Under the pieces are notes generated by a model that ran no database searches, was not told where the DNA came from, and saw only the letters and a list, made by a program, of their open reading frames with translations. Shown here piece after piece: positions 11,086 to 24,400 of a DNA stretch of 64,000 nt. The stretch is taken from positions 868,001 to 932,000 of the forward strand of contig NW_027191402.1 in NCBI RefSeq assembly GCF_041146345.1, read 5' to 3'. A program made the translations under genes and the position numbers. Source of the DNA: Neodothiora populina. Taxonomy: Eukaryota. Positions within the stretch are counted from its first letter, which is position 1. The number at the start of each line of letters is the position of its first letter.

Positions 11086-12780
11086 ATGGCCAACCAGACC
11101 CCGGCCGTTGTCATGGACAAGTAGGTAGTGGTCAGGCAGCACCATCGAGCATCTTACTGACATTCATACAGCGGTACCGGTTACTCCAAGCTAGGTTCGC
11201 CATTCTCGCACGATACGATATACCCCTTGCAACCCCCAATTGACACAGCACTCAAGGTTTCGCCGGCAACGACTCTCCTTCCTTCGTCTTCCCCACAGCA
11301 ATCGCAACAAAGGGTCCAGCAGGAGGAGCAGGAGGATCAGGATCAGGAAGACCAGCTGTCGCGAACAAGCCGTCGTTTTTGACCGGAGGAGCTGGTCCAG
11401 GTGGACATCTCTCTGGGAAGAGGGGCACTGAGGATCTTGACTTCTTCATCGGTGACGAGGCTCTCAACGCTGCAAATGGACCTGGTACGTGTTGACACAA
11501 AAGCGACAAAACAGGATTCTGTTATGGACAAGACAGAAGGGAGCTGATATGAGCAGGCTACGGCATTCATTATCCCATCCGTCACGGTCAGGTCGAGAAC
11601 TGGGTATGCACATCTGACAAACATTGCTCAGGCAGCAGCGTCCGCCAAGTCGGTACCTGACAACTGACACACCACAGGACCACATGGAACGCTTCTGGTC
11701 AAACTCGATATTCAAATACCTCCGCGTTGAGCCCGAGGATCACCACTTCCTTCTCACCGAACCTGTTCGTTGTATCTGCTTTCGACTCATCTGCCTTCAT
11801 CCTTGATATACTAATATCCTGCAGCCGCTCAACCCTCCGGAGAACCGTGAGCAAGTCGCTGAGATCATGTTCGAATCTTTCAACGTTGCCGGTCTCTACA
11901 TCGCTGTGCAGGCCGTACTGGCTCTCGCTGCATCCTGGACTAGCAGTAAAGTTCAAGATCGATCACTGACTGGTACCGTGATCGACTCCGGTGAGGGTGT
12001 GACTCACGTCATCCCTGTCGCCGAGGGCTACGTTATCGGATCCTCGATCAAGTCGGTCCCTATTGCCGGTAGAGACATCACCTACTTTGTGCAATCCCTC
12101 CTGAGAGACCGTGGCGAGCCCGATAGCTCTCTCAAGACCGCCGAGAGAATCAAGGAGGAGTTCTGTTACGTGTGCCCGGACATTGTCAAGGAGTTTGCAC
12201 GATTCGATCAGAACCCTGATAGATTCGCAAAGCACCCCATCCAGTACCCCAACGGGAAGAGTGTCACTGTCGATGTCGGATATGAGCAATTCCTTGCTCC
12301 CGAGATCTTCTTCAACCCCGAAATCTACAGTTCAGACTTCCTCACTCCTCTGCCCAACATTGTCGACACTGTGATCCAGCAATCGCCCATTGACGTCCGT
12401 CGTGGTCTCTACAAGAACATTGTCCTGTCTGGTGGATCTACTCTCTACAAGGACTTTGGCCGCAGACTGCAAAGAGACATCAGACATCTTGTTGATGCTC
12501 GCATAAAGGCTTCTGAAGCACGTTCTGGTGGCGCCAAGTCTGGCGGTCTCGACGTGCAGGTCATCACACACAAGAGGCAAAGACACGGTCCGTGGTTCGG
12601 TGGTTCATTGCTCGGTCAAACGCCCGAGTTCAGATCTTACTGTCACACGAAGGCTGGTGAGTTGTCGTCGCGGATCATGAGCTACTACTGCAGATTTGCT
12701 GATACACTACAGAATACGACGAGTACGGTCCCAGCATCGTGCGAAGATTCGCCCTTCTGGGTGGCCCTGGAAGCACTTGA
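11086..12780 (+). CDS. ARP3: Actin-related protein 3 (Arp2/3 complex), 7 exons
   Basis: [79 protein letters not shown]. Introns 11121-11171, 11195-11256, 11485-11556, 11604-11677, 11765-11824, 12657-12712. Confidence 0.97.
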
Positions 12781-13571
12781 GAGGCGGCAGGCAGGGTAGT
12801 CGTGTCGATGTAGAGAGTAATGAGCGATGGTGTTTTGTAGGTAGCCTATTGTCCAATTTCCAGGCGGAGAGAAAAGGGAGAAGATCGAATATATTTAAAC
12901 TTCAATTCATTCTCGAGGTTGTATTGTTATCAACGCTTGTCAGGCGATCAAGAGTTATCGTGAAGCTCTCGACCTACTGTAAAACACTGGAAGTTCAAGG
13001 TCTAATGCCAAGGCTAATGAACACTCCCAACGCCGCTTGGCTACTGCCTCGTGTCCAAGACAATGATTCCTCCATTGCAAGGTATACAGCACTATACCCG
13101 AGGCAAGGCAGCCCCAGCTCTAATACACAATTCACCTCAAGTACCACCACATATAACTCAAACAAGCTCTCGAATATCCGTCAGTCTAAGCATGAAACCT
13201 GACTTCTACGGCTTCATCAGCAGTGCACAACACGGCAAGACGGCTTCTTCCCTATCTTCGTCCCGATTCGGATAACTTGTGAACTTTCAATACGAAGTAC
13301 AATAGGACAGAAGGTGCAGTACCGTCGACCAAGAAGACGGGATAGCAGCCCGCCGTCCCGCTCACGGCTCCAACCTATCGCTGACTCGGGAATTGGAAGC
13401 TCTTTCCATCGGGTGCGGTGCAATTTTGCGTTTGCGCTCGTCGGACGAAGTTTGGGTTTGGGGACGCGCTGATAGCGTAGCCGCCCGGGCCGATCAAACG
13501 TGATCCATTTCCGCAGGTGCAAGTAGGGTTAACTCGTACTTCGTATCGTATTGTAAACCTGTTCTCGCCTC

Positions 13572-13871
13572 GTACTGTACCGTACAGTACCTTACTTAGG
13601 TAGAGTTTTGGAGTGGATGAGTGAGGGCCCTTGAAATGGAGACAGAACCCTGTGACGACTGCTATGCAGGGCATACAAGTCACATCTAGAGCAATTAGTC
13701 GATTCCGGTCGCGCGTGGAGTGTTTCCGCAGAACGCCTGTGCTCACTATGAACCTGGGTGCTAAGGTTGACTTGATCGTAGCCTATGCCACGCTACTGTG
13801 CCTTGCCTTTCCTCACAGGATTCTGTTCTGTTCTGTGCTGTACTGTACTTCAATCAGAGAAAAGTACAGTA
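13572..13871. repeat. Two short inverted repeats built from TACTGTA/TACAGTA
   Basis: GTACTGTAC-C-GTACAGTAC (13572-13590) and TACTGTACTT-N11-AAGTACAGTA (13841-13871). Confidence 0.7.
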
Positions 13872-16800
13872 GAAGTGCTCTGTCTTCCGCTCTGTCACGC
13901 CCGCATGAACCCGCAGGAGAGAAAGAGCTTATAACCTTAATCGCGCGAGCGGGTGCTGTCGAAACACTGGAGATCACTCCGGTGGTCCGCTGAAGCAGAG
14001 CAAGAATAAGCGGATCGCATCGAAGATGGGACAAGTGGTTGTAGGTCATAGTCATCGTGTCCAGCATCATCGAGATTGACATGTTCATCGGAGGTTTGAG
14101 GTGGGATCAGAGGGAGAAGGAAGACGTCACTTCCCGATTTGGGGATGACGAGATTGGTAAGGTACAGGTATCTTAAGGGTCCAATTTTGCTATTGTCTGC
14201 AAGGCCCTTTTTACCCCGTATTTCTGAACTGTTCTATGCACGACGTCGCCGTGATCGGGAACGATGCATTCGAAACTTCTATGCTTCTAGGGTTTCGAGT
14301 CCTTCGTAGTGACTAAGGTAGGTACCTTGCGTATACAAGGCTTACTGATCGGAAACGTCCACGCACCTCACCGTCGTAAGCCTCTCGCCTACAACTCGCG
14401 TGACTATGGAGTCCAGATGTCGTGCATGGCTTGACAATAGTTACGGTCCGCCGGTCGAGCGAGTGGTCACAATATCGTCTAGATCGTGGTTCTTATTGCC
14501 TGATATGACATTTTCACTTGTTTCGATGGTTTTTGTTGTTGCAGGCGGTTTTTTACGTACAAGTACATTGCGCCACCGGACGCCTCGCGCTTTCGAATGG
14601 CTTGCTAGCTTAACCGACATGCTGGTTAATGCGTACAACCTTATCGCTTCGCACGTGTCTTACCGGCGTGAAAAAAAGGTTTCGGTTCTCGAAACATGCA
14701 TCCCGCATCGAAAGATGACAAGTCCGCAATATCCTGTACACAATCCGCTACGCTCGGACTACTTGGTACATTCACAACATTGCTCTTCTTCATCCTCCTA
14801 ACTTTTCTAGAAACCCTAAGGGCCTGATCGAAAGGTCCCCGGGATCGGGTTACTTGGTACAACGGTCCTTATTTTTCTCTGGATTCGTACCGGTCGACCA
14901 TTTTCTACAAGCAACTACAGGGGTGAATATCACGATTCTGGATGAATATTTTGAGCCCCATGCATCAGCCCATAACCGCCACGTTCCTGCCTCACGCACT
15001 CATCGCGAGGTGTTTCAGGGCGTGAAAACGTCATGCCGGTTCTAGACTCCTCGTTGCTTAGTCCATGATCCACAAGAAAATAGGTCTGTGGGTGTAATCT
15101 TCCATCATCGTCAGGAGAGGTGTCCAAGGTCCGCACATGTAATAGTGACTTGACGGCAATATCGTCTTGGCTCAGGTCTTGTTCACCATCAGACATATAG
15201 CCGGATGTGAGTCACTCTTGGACTGATGTCTTGGTGCACTTTGCAAGGCTTCGAAGATTGAATTATCCCAATTGGGGTACTCGCTACGGCGTAGCAGCAC
15301 CATTCTCTGTTCGCTATCTCGCGCGAGACTGAGGCGCATAACAGCGGTAATGACGTCGAACACACTCGTCGAGTACTCCATTCGCATACGAAATCTGGAA
15401 AGGTGACATTACAGGGGTAGCAGCGAAGTACTATATCGGATGTTGGCAATTTCATGTAGAGCCGTGCTGCCGTATATCGTATATAGAAAGACGCAATCGG
15501 ACACTATTACTATATCATCAATCATTCAGTAATGCCCAGGACGCCACACGAGGTAAGCGTCCGGGAAGGCGCCAGAGATGCCATACAATTTTCTTGGCCC
15601 ATCCGATGGCTGGCGGGCCGGAAAGGTGAAGACGTGATATAATACGCGACTTGGAGTGTATTGGGGTCGAGAACTAAAGGGGGAATGCTATTGCGACACG
15701 AAGGATGGTTTTGCAAATATTTTCCCTGTGATCGACAGTATCATGCAGTAGTGGTTGATCTCACACCGAAATTCAGAGCCAAGAAAGGACCGGGAACGAG
15801 CAAAGAAGAGGTAAAATGGCCAAGCAGGAGGAGTTTTCTGTAAAAAGTGCTTACCTTATATGCCAAGTGGATCGCGAGATCTATCAAACTCACTGTCGCC
15901 CTTTCTCATTATTGCTGGACATGATGACATATTTGAGCGGCTTGATGCGCTGTTGCCGTGGATAGCGTATGATATCTAATATGTGTAGGGCTTCGAAACG
16001 CGGCCAACTCTCTCTCGGCAATGGCGCGGTTATTGTGGTCCCAGAGCATACGCTACTATGCAATTGATTATCATATCAAAGGTTACTGTACACCGTATAT
16101 CCGAGTCTATAGAGATCCGAGGGCACAAGCTACTAGATAGGAAAGAGCAAGAGAAATGGAGCAAGTAAAGCGTCGAACCTAGAAGTATAAAGTCACAAGC
16201 AGCTTGACATCCATCGGTGAACGAGTACAGGCCGAGATATAACCCTTGGTAATCCGATCAAAACGAACTCGGGAAGGCCCGTTGGCGAAGTAGGTACTAT
16301 TTGCTATGCTGCGCTGTACTTGTACTGTTGTACAAGATTTACAAGGAAAGGGCAAAGGCATCAGAAAAGGAGTGAGAATTACAAAAAGAAGGTTGAGACT
16401 AATGCAAGTCACAATTACACTCCTCAAACACGAACATGTGCCTGTGCTTCGTGTTCAGTGGTGACGAACCACCTCAGTCTGTCATGGGGTTTTTCCACGA
16501 TGCTTTACATGGGTGCTAGGGCGAACGTCTTTTTGCTTTTTTGTCTCGAGCAAGACAATCAAGATCAGCCAAGGCGGCTTCTCTGTCCCAGCCCAGCAAT
16601 CGTTATGAAGGTATTGTGGCCTATGAAAACATGGGATCGAAGATTGGATGCGCGGGATCTGCAAATTCACGGCATGGACCCTCCGTTTCGGTTGTTTTGT
16701 TCTGCCAATCTCGATACAGGTACGGGTACGGGGCGCTTGGGGTACTCGTTCTGATAAGGTACCATTGGTCGTATCGGACTCGGTACTTTCGTGGGAGTGA

Positions 16801-18783
16801 GAGCTCTTGCTGGATCGGTAAGGTATCTTAGCTTGTACCTTAACCGCCCGCACCGCCTTTCCCCCGGAATTTGCGTGCCGTTGTGCCTTTTTCATGCTGC
16901 TGGATTACCGCAAGATGTCTGTCCAGAATTATACACGGGCTACAAGAGTACATTAGAGCATATCAATTACTACATGGGAGAAAAATCAACAGGCCTCCCC
17001 GCCGTTTGACCAGGTATAGGATCGAATTGTGTCGTTCGTCCCTTTTTGTTTTTTCTATCTATCCGAAATGTGTACTGTAGTGGTTTTCGGAGACGCATAC
17101 CCAATGCGACGAATGCGATTCGTCGTTCCGCCGTCTCGCGTACAATTTCTTCCAGACAATGCATGCAGCCTGACGTACCTGACCATGTTATCAATGTGTA
17201 AGGATCGCCTCATATCAGACTATGTCTCGACTGTGTGAAAAGGGTACAGCAAAGATTCGATATCACATCCCACGCTCAACACGTTGTCAATAGACGACGT
17301 TTGGTGACATGAGTCGTGTGGCATATGCACTAATTGAGCCCCTTTTTTGGCTCAGGCGTCTCAAACAAGCACACAGGTATTAATGAGCAAAGATTGCCAG
17401 CGGATAGCGTGCGACACGTTGATCAGTAGAGGACCACTTTCTTTTGCATCACTGTTCTCTCATCGTTCTGGGCCCTTGACCTCTCTATTCAGGTTTGAGG
17501 CAGTCCGCCTTGACCCATTGAGCATAATGACGACGACGGGAGTCGTTGGCTGACCCTGACGCTAAGGCATAATATAGTACTGTATCGCATTTGTGCTGGT
17601 TTTCTGGGTAAGGCACGTACGCGTTGTGCGGATTCAATTCCACATGACCCTTAAAAAATGATGGTGATGGCGGCATGACGGTACCACGCCTTAATGCGTG
17701 CCTTTGATGACAGGAGGAGCCACCAGAGCGAATGCACGAAAATTAGTGCATCGCACGAGTGCAGCATCAGCAGATGAAAAGGGGTGGCCTTACCGTCTTC
17801 ACACGGTAGGCTGGATGCAAAGTCCACAAGGTATGGTATCACGCTGCCCATTGTGTTTCCTGCAAGGTCCTCCCATTCCCCTGTCGGTTGTTGTTTTGCA
17901 AGCTTTACGAACAGACGGGACCATGAAAAAGCCCGGGAGAAAAAAGTGTAAGACTGTCGGATATCTCTCGTCCGGTAAACCAACGATACCGCAAGTCCGT
18001 GCACAGGTACGATGAGACATACCGCTGGAGTGCTCACTTGTCGCCCCTCGACGCCCATTGACCATTATTCGAATTAGGTGTTCGATTCTGGTCTATCAAG
18101 TCCATCTTGCACGTTGTTGTTTTATTTGTTGTGATGTAAGAGTCATGGAAAGTGGTGTAAGAGTCATGTAAGGGGGGGCATTAGTGACTGTTGCTAGCTA
18201 TGATCCTGAATCCACCGTGATTCCATGTGTGCCTCGACGCCTCTTGTGTGAAGATGTGTTGCTGACGGTTGATTATATGTCTGCCGAAACATGAAACTGG
18301 CATCTCGACTTGTCGTTTTGTCCGTTTGACAGAATCAGTAGTGACCGCTACCATTCGAGCTGCAGTCTGGTCTAGATGATCGTTCACTTGGCCAATGCGT
18401 TTTCCTCCCTTGGTCGTTGCTATTTTGCGACTAAGGAATGACGGATTTGCGCAAAGGTAGACATGAGCACCAATGCTTGTGAGGGAGAGGCTGAAAATCG
18501 AAACAATATTGATGATACAAATGAAGCTCATTATCTATAAATCTGTCATAAATTCTTGTGTTGTAGGGTCGCATCGCAGTAAGGAGGACTCCTGAATGTG
18601 AGGGCGCATCTATCGCGCGAACCTCTAGCCTCTATATCGAAACAGGTAGTCTATAAGAAAAACGCCCGCTCAGTTTCGTGAAATCAACAACCATGCCTGG
18701 TCTTGAGCCTCTCATTAAAGGAAATCATTAGTTTTATTGTTTAGGTTTCTTCTCGCCCCCACCATGCCGTTGTGAATAACTCT

Positions 18784-19956
18784 TCAATAGACAGGCTCAG
18801 TGCCATCAACGGGCATAAGTCCGTATTCTTGCTGGTACATGTCCATCATGCTCGAGTCAGAGCAGATGTCGCGGTATAGCATGTTCGATAACTCGTCCAA
18901 GCCACCAGCGGCCATGCTCTCGGGAAATTGGTTCTCGAGCGTGGGGTTGGCCATCCACCAGTGTGACGCTGAAGCCGTCTTGGCCTGGTCTTGCATCTGA
19001 AGGAGGGTGCGGTTGCCATATGACTCGCCAGGCAGGCTGAAATCAATGTCCATGCCCAGATCGGTCATGTCTGGGGAGTACTGGTGCTCCCAAGGTGAAC
19101 AAGTATCAGGAGTACCGGGGATAACAATCGAATTGTCCAACGTTGCGCCAACGTTCGCCCATTGCGGTTGCATCTCGGAATCAATGCACGATGAGCTGCC
19201 GGAGATGGTGTGCTCCAACTTTGGCAACGAGCTATCGGGGACGCTAGAGTCGCCGTTCAGCGATGAGTCTGGGCCACTGATCTTGATAGGTGAAAGTAAT
19301 GAAGCTCTGGAAGACATTTTCGATGAAGGCGCAAGGGCGAGGGGAGACGACTTGTGAACAGACTCGTTGCTGGGTCGGGGTGCGATCGTTCGTCCAGAGT
19401 TCGAAAGCGCAGGCAACTGGGCAGGAGGACTCTGTGTTCCTCGCATGCTGTGGGAATCCGAATGTGCGGCTGACGTCGAGTCGGCAACGGATCTGTGCTC
19501 AACTTCATGGTCGACGGTCTCGGAATCGCTGTCCTCGTCGTTGGTCTCGAGAACCTGCAAGACCGAGAGAATGTCGTGAACAAGAGGGTGACCAGATGAC
19601 TCGGGCAACTCCTGACCGGGCCACAAACGAGCAGCTACGAGACGGTGGTAGGTCTCTTCGAGTCCGGCAATGAGCTGGGCTTGTCGTCGCTCGAGTACAT
19701 CAACATAGCTGTTTTCTGTTAGTTTACATTTACTCGATCAATAGCAACACATCACATACCCTTTTGCGTAAACCTTGTCCTTGGGCTTCTTGCTTCGCCA
19801 GGTGGTACAGATAATGTTGCTGGCTTTGCATTTGCGGCAAGGTTTACCACCATCACACTTGGTCTTCCTCAAGCGACAGCCTTCACAGGCTCTGGCTATC
19901 CTCTTCCTCTGACATTCTTGTGATGCAGGTGGGGAGCAAGATTCACGAGACGACAT
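18784..19956 (-). CDS. Zn(II)2Cys6 transcription factor (FCR1-like short C6 family), 2 exons
   Basis: RACEGCRLRKTKCDGGKPCRKCKASNIIC. Intron 19759-19709 (gtatgt...ctaac...cag) joins it to GYVDVLERRQAQLIAGLEETY..WPG..HPLVHDIL. Confidence 0.9.
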
Positions 19957-20886
19957 GATGTGTGTTGTCTATTGCTGTCAAGTGTAGATGGATGATGGGT
20001 AATGGTCACTGAGCAATTGAAGGGTTACTTGGGAAAGAACCTCCCAACTAGCGTGCGACGAGAGCACATCTATATATCGTTTCGGCCACGTCCAAACACG
20101 ATCGAAAAGCTGTTTGCGGAATTACTCCATTGCTAGACGGATATGCAGCCGAGTCAAGTAACGAGCATGTCGCACGCTAGTAGCCAACATCACCTAGTGG
20201 CTTGTGCACTCCCGGAGGCCCGGAGGGATCGTCCAGCCGGTGTACCTCAGAATTTCGTGCCGGGGTCAGCAGGTCGAAGGAAAAGCCACATCATACAGTA
20301 TTTCTAATGTTACTAGCATTATGGACTTATCGGGCCATGCGGGCATTGCGGTCCGGGTGTGCATGGAAGGAGGCTACAGGGGCACTAAGCCTCGTTCAGA
20401 TGGCGTCAAAATATTGCAGCTGTTTCAAGTCCTTGGCACGGTCGAGTGCGAATTGGGTATGGTCCGAAATGCTGGGACGTTTTCCACCGCGAAACTTCTC
20501 CGACTAGGGACAGAAGTAATTGTTTTTGTGATGTGATGTCGTTCGTGTATTATTCGGATGTTGTAGTCATCATGATCGGCTATCCTTGTGCCTACGAGTG
20601 CGCAGCATGCGATGCCGATGCCGAGTTCGGCTGCCCGAAAGACGGCCATACTCGCGGCTAGTGATGAAAAAGGACTGCGCGGGATAGTGTATTGCCTAAC
20701 ATCCACTTGAGTCACTTGAATATTTTGCGATCACAAGCAAAGAGATTACCTGCCTACTGTTGCGAGAAGGTTAGCCCACTTACGTTACAGTCTCACTGCA
20801 TCGAGAGGCAGGAGAGATCCTTCAGGAACGCCCCAAAAGGTTTATTCATCCCCCATAATGCGTGCAAGCAGGACAGTTCGATCTGT

Positions 20887-21444
20887 CTAGGCTAAGCAAT
20901 TCGGCTTTGCAGGTCCGGAGCATGGGCCCCACTCTGCTGGCATATTTGACAGGGCTAAAATGCTTCCTTTCGCTGCCACGAACCATTCAAAAAGCTTGTC
21001 TTGCTTCAACATGCTCAAAACTATATGTCTGTGTGCTTGTGTATGCTCCTTGCGGAGTATCCTCGGTGCGCGACCGCTACATACAGTACTGCGCTTACAT
21101 TTGATGCGCCTTCTCTGTTTCTCCGGAGAGTCGTTCAAGAGATAGGTGTCAGAGTGCAAGCGAAGCAAAGCGTATTCGAGTATCTTAGTTTGACGTTGCT
21201 GAGGAGTAATATCATTCACAAGGATTCTGACCCACAAGATCGAGATCTTGTAGCTATGACTTTTGTTTACGACCTGTTGGAGATCTGTTGCATGTTCTGC
21301 AGCGGTCTGCGCAGATAGAGAGATGTTCAAAGCACGTTTGAAATCTTCGTGCGCGTATCGTTGCAAGTCAGTTGCACCATCCGCATAACTACTCTCTGTG
21401 CCGTGTCGAGCAAGAGCCCACTCCTGTACATCATCTCTGCCCAT
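20887..21444 (-). CDS. Hypothetical 185-aa ORF, possibly a fragment of a decayed gene
   Basis: ATG-initiated and the longest ORF in a 6.9-kb intergenic stretch. Composition is protein-like but I recognise no motif. Confidence 0.25.
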   Translation of the reverse strand: MGRDDVQEWALARHGTESSYADGATDLQRYAHEDFKRALNISLSAQTAAEHATDLQQVVNKSHSYKISILWVRILVNDITPQQRQTKILEYALLRLHSDTYLLNDSPEKQRRRIKCKRSTVCSGRAPRILRKEHTQAHRHIVLSMLKQDKLFEWFVAAKGSILALSNMPAEWGPCSGPAKPNCLA

Positions 21445-24400
21445 GACGCTACTGATTAAACGTCACCGAGCGAGATTGTTGCATCTCTTCGAACTGAGAA
21501 CCCGTCATAAGCAGACGGATATACAGTACCCCATAAAACGCATCATCGCTCGGTATACCCATGCCAGATAATGGCGAACTCTCTTCGGATCGCAAATTTT
21601 ATAATACAGGGGACACCAGGGGCTCGATCACGTTTTTATGAACTGTGCGGTCCGCTGCCGCAGCGCCCGCCGTGGGGAATGGACATCTTTGCTTCTGATC
21701 AGCGTCCGCGCAATGCCCTTTCCATTCATTTTCGAAATCCCTTCTGTCATATACCTACCGTAGAGTAGCCGCTCATCTGATCTTCTACGTGACGCGGCTC
21801 TTACTCGCGTTGCTCAATGATCGTCATGGGCGTGCAATCCGCTCCCAATTCAGGCTATGGACAATCGCAATTCTGTGCATTGCACCACCTCTGTACTCTG
21901 TTTCATATGGAGTAAGCCCCGACGCGACCTTGGTCCTTTTGCACTACGGACCCTGTGCTAGTCAGCTACCTGCATAAACGAATGAGTCCTTGCTTCTAAC
22001 ACTCGAAAAAGGAAAACCCTCTCCTCAATTCAGCATAACATCCGGCTCACACTTGACCTGCAATCAACAACACCAACAAGATGGATCTACATGTGTGGCA
22101 TGATACAACCAAATGCCGAAGGCTGAAGCATTCCTTTCTCATGGCAGACGTGGAGCCTCTACCTGCAAATCGTTTATAAAGAGGTTTCACGTCCCGCTTG
22201 ACGTTGATTCTAGACCTCTGGATTGCGACTGTCCGGGAGGAAACTTCGCATGCCATTCCATGATGTGACCTACATTTACAATATTGAATCAATACACTAC
22301 TATTCCTACGACGGGTGATGCGAGACAGTCTGCTGCACTATGGAAGACTCCGTTAGACGAATCCGGACGTATCAACGTTCGGCTACACGACTCTTCATTG
22401 CAGTACCAGCCTCAAGCCGGTTCAGGAAGCGTGAGGAATCTCTGGCTGTGGCATTTGTCCTCGTCTAGGATAACAATCTATACGGCGTAATACTTAGTCC
22501 GAAGCCTATCAGAACATGATGTGTACGGCGGTTTGGGGTGCAACTGCCAGCCAGTGCTCAACCTCGTGACCTGATCACAACCCCACCGCACTATGTGATT
22601 CGTCTCCTCCAAGTCGTTATCTCAATATGTCCTCTCTTCTGTGAAATTTAAGACCCATCGACGTTCGCTTTAGCTGCCGCTATTATGCAGTGGCATGCCC
22701 TTGACCGACTGTCTAAGAGTTGAACCATGCACTGTCTATCGATTTCATCCTCCTATGTCGGGCCATCGCACCATTGCCCAAAACTTGCACCGCGTATTTT
22801 TGATATACCTACTTTCGGATGTTGCTGACCGTAACCTCGGTCCCCCCAGCATATTATCTCCGTACGGATATTACAGAACATCGGCTAAGAAGGAGGAACG
22901 TGGAACATCTGACCGCGAAAATGACCCACCTGGTCCACATAGGGCAAAATGACCATCTTCGGACAAGCAGATCATGTAAGCCATTGTATGAGCTGACTCA
23001 CTCTTCTTGCAGCACTTGAGGATTTGTTTTTCCTCTCGCTTTCGCTTTATATCAGGGGTAGATCGTGATCCACCTCCACTTGTAGAGGGTCAATCTGAGG
23101 CTTTTTCCGTACACGATTGGTGGTTGTCGTCACTGCTATGCATTGTACTTGTAGAGCCATCCTCTAGTAGACTTGCATCAACATGAAAAGCGAGGGTGGC
23201 TTCATGCGGTCACTGCATACGATTACTGCTCCTCGTCTCACTGTATCTCCTCACCCCGCTTGGGCATCTGCACTTCTTGTAATTGACCGTCGCCGCAGGC
23301 AAAGTGCTATCGATCGGTCCAGGCGTACTTTCACGAGCCGTACTGAGCGACATGATTCGTCGTCTATAACTTCGCGCCACACGCTAGCATTCATCGGCTC
23401 TTAATTCGAGTCCGAAGGGGCTTGAGCTTCGACACGAATCTCTTTCTTTTCTGGTGGACTGTACAAGTCCAGCAACTAGCAGCATAGATAGAGACGGTTG
23501 AAATAAGCTCTTCACTTGCTCCCACCGCGCTAGCGTTCAACGTCAAAGTAATTGCGAACCTCCTGGTCGCGAATAAGGGACGGGTGAAAGAGTCGGTAAA
23601 GATGCAAATTCACCCTCGGCTATCTGACCAGAAGCTTTTGTGGATGAAGCAAGTGGGTGGATGCTCGTTGTATCAAGCATTTGTCGAGGTAGATTTGACT
23701 AGGACGAGGCACTGTCGCAAAGCGTCTGCACGAGACGAGGTGCTGTATATGCAAGAAATCAACAAATCAGGATCGGCTGCGGCGGCACGTGCGGTACCCA
23801 CAGCACGGCAACAATCATCCACTTGATCAAAGGTCTGTAATACGGTATAATCTCCAAGAGCACTCCTTTGCAAGGTATGCTTGAAAATCTATTTCTGTGC
23901 ACCAGTAACAGACTTACAAGTACTGCCAGCAAAGCGCGTGTTTCTTCTTGAAGTAGGCCGGCCTTTGTTTCCTGTACGGCGTATTGCCGTCACTCTTGTC
24001 ACATGCGCGTAATCTGCACAGCATTAAGCCTTGTTTCATCGATTCAAAGTGTATCTCGCTGAGTCAGAGCATAGCCAGCATTCGCGAACCTCTGCGCGAT
24101 ATCGAGGTTGCTGTGGCTCACTACTAGGTTGTCAAGCATCTGGGAATTGACACTATCTGTGTGACTAGTCTCTAATTGCTGCGCCATCTAGTATATGTCC
24201 AATCAATCGTTCACATAACGCATCGATGTCGAATCTGTCACTTTTACTAGACTCCGAGCCGCCCATCAAAATGAGTCAGGTAGTGTATAGTTACGAGTCG
24301 CCCTGACTTTTACGAGCTTGATTGGCCATTCGCTCACCTAATTTTGTATCATTCTGCTCCTAATACATCTCGTTCCCGAATGTCGGTAACGCTGAGGATC

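Noticed and set aside
18136..18170. Direct repeat TGTAAGAGTCATG x2
   Set aside because: Only two copies; a local duplication, not an array or LTR.
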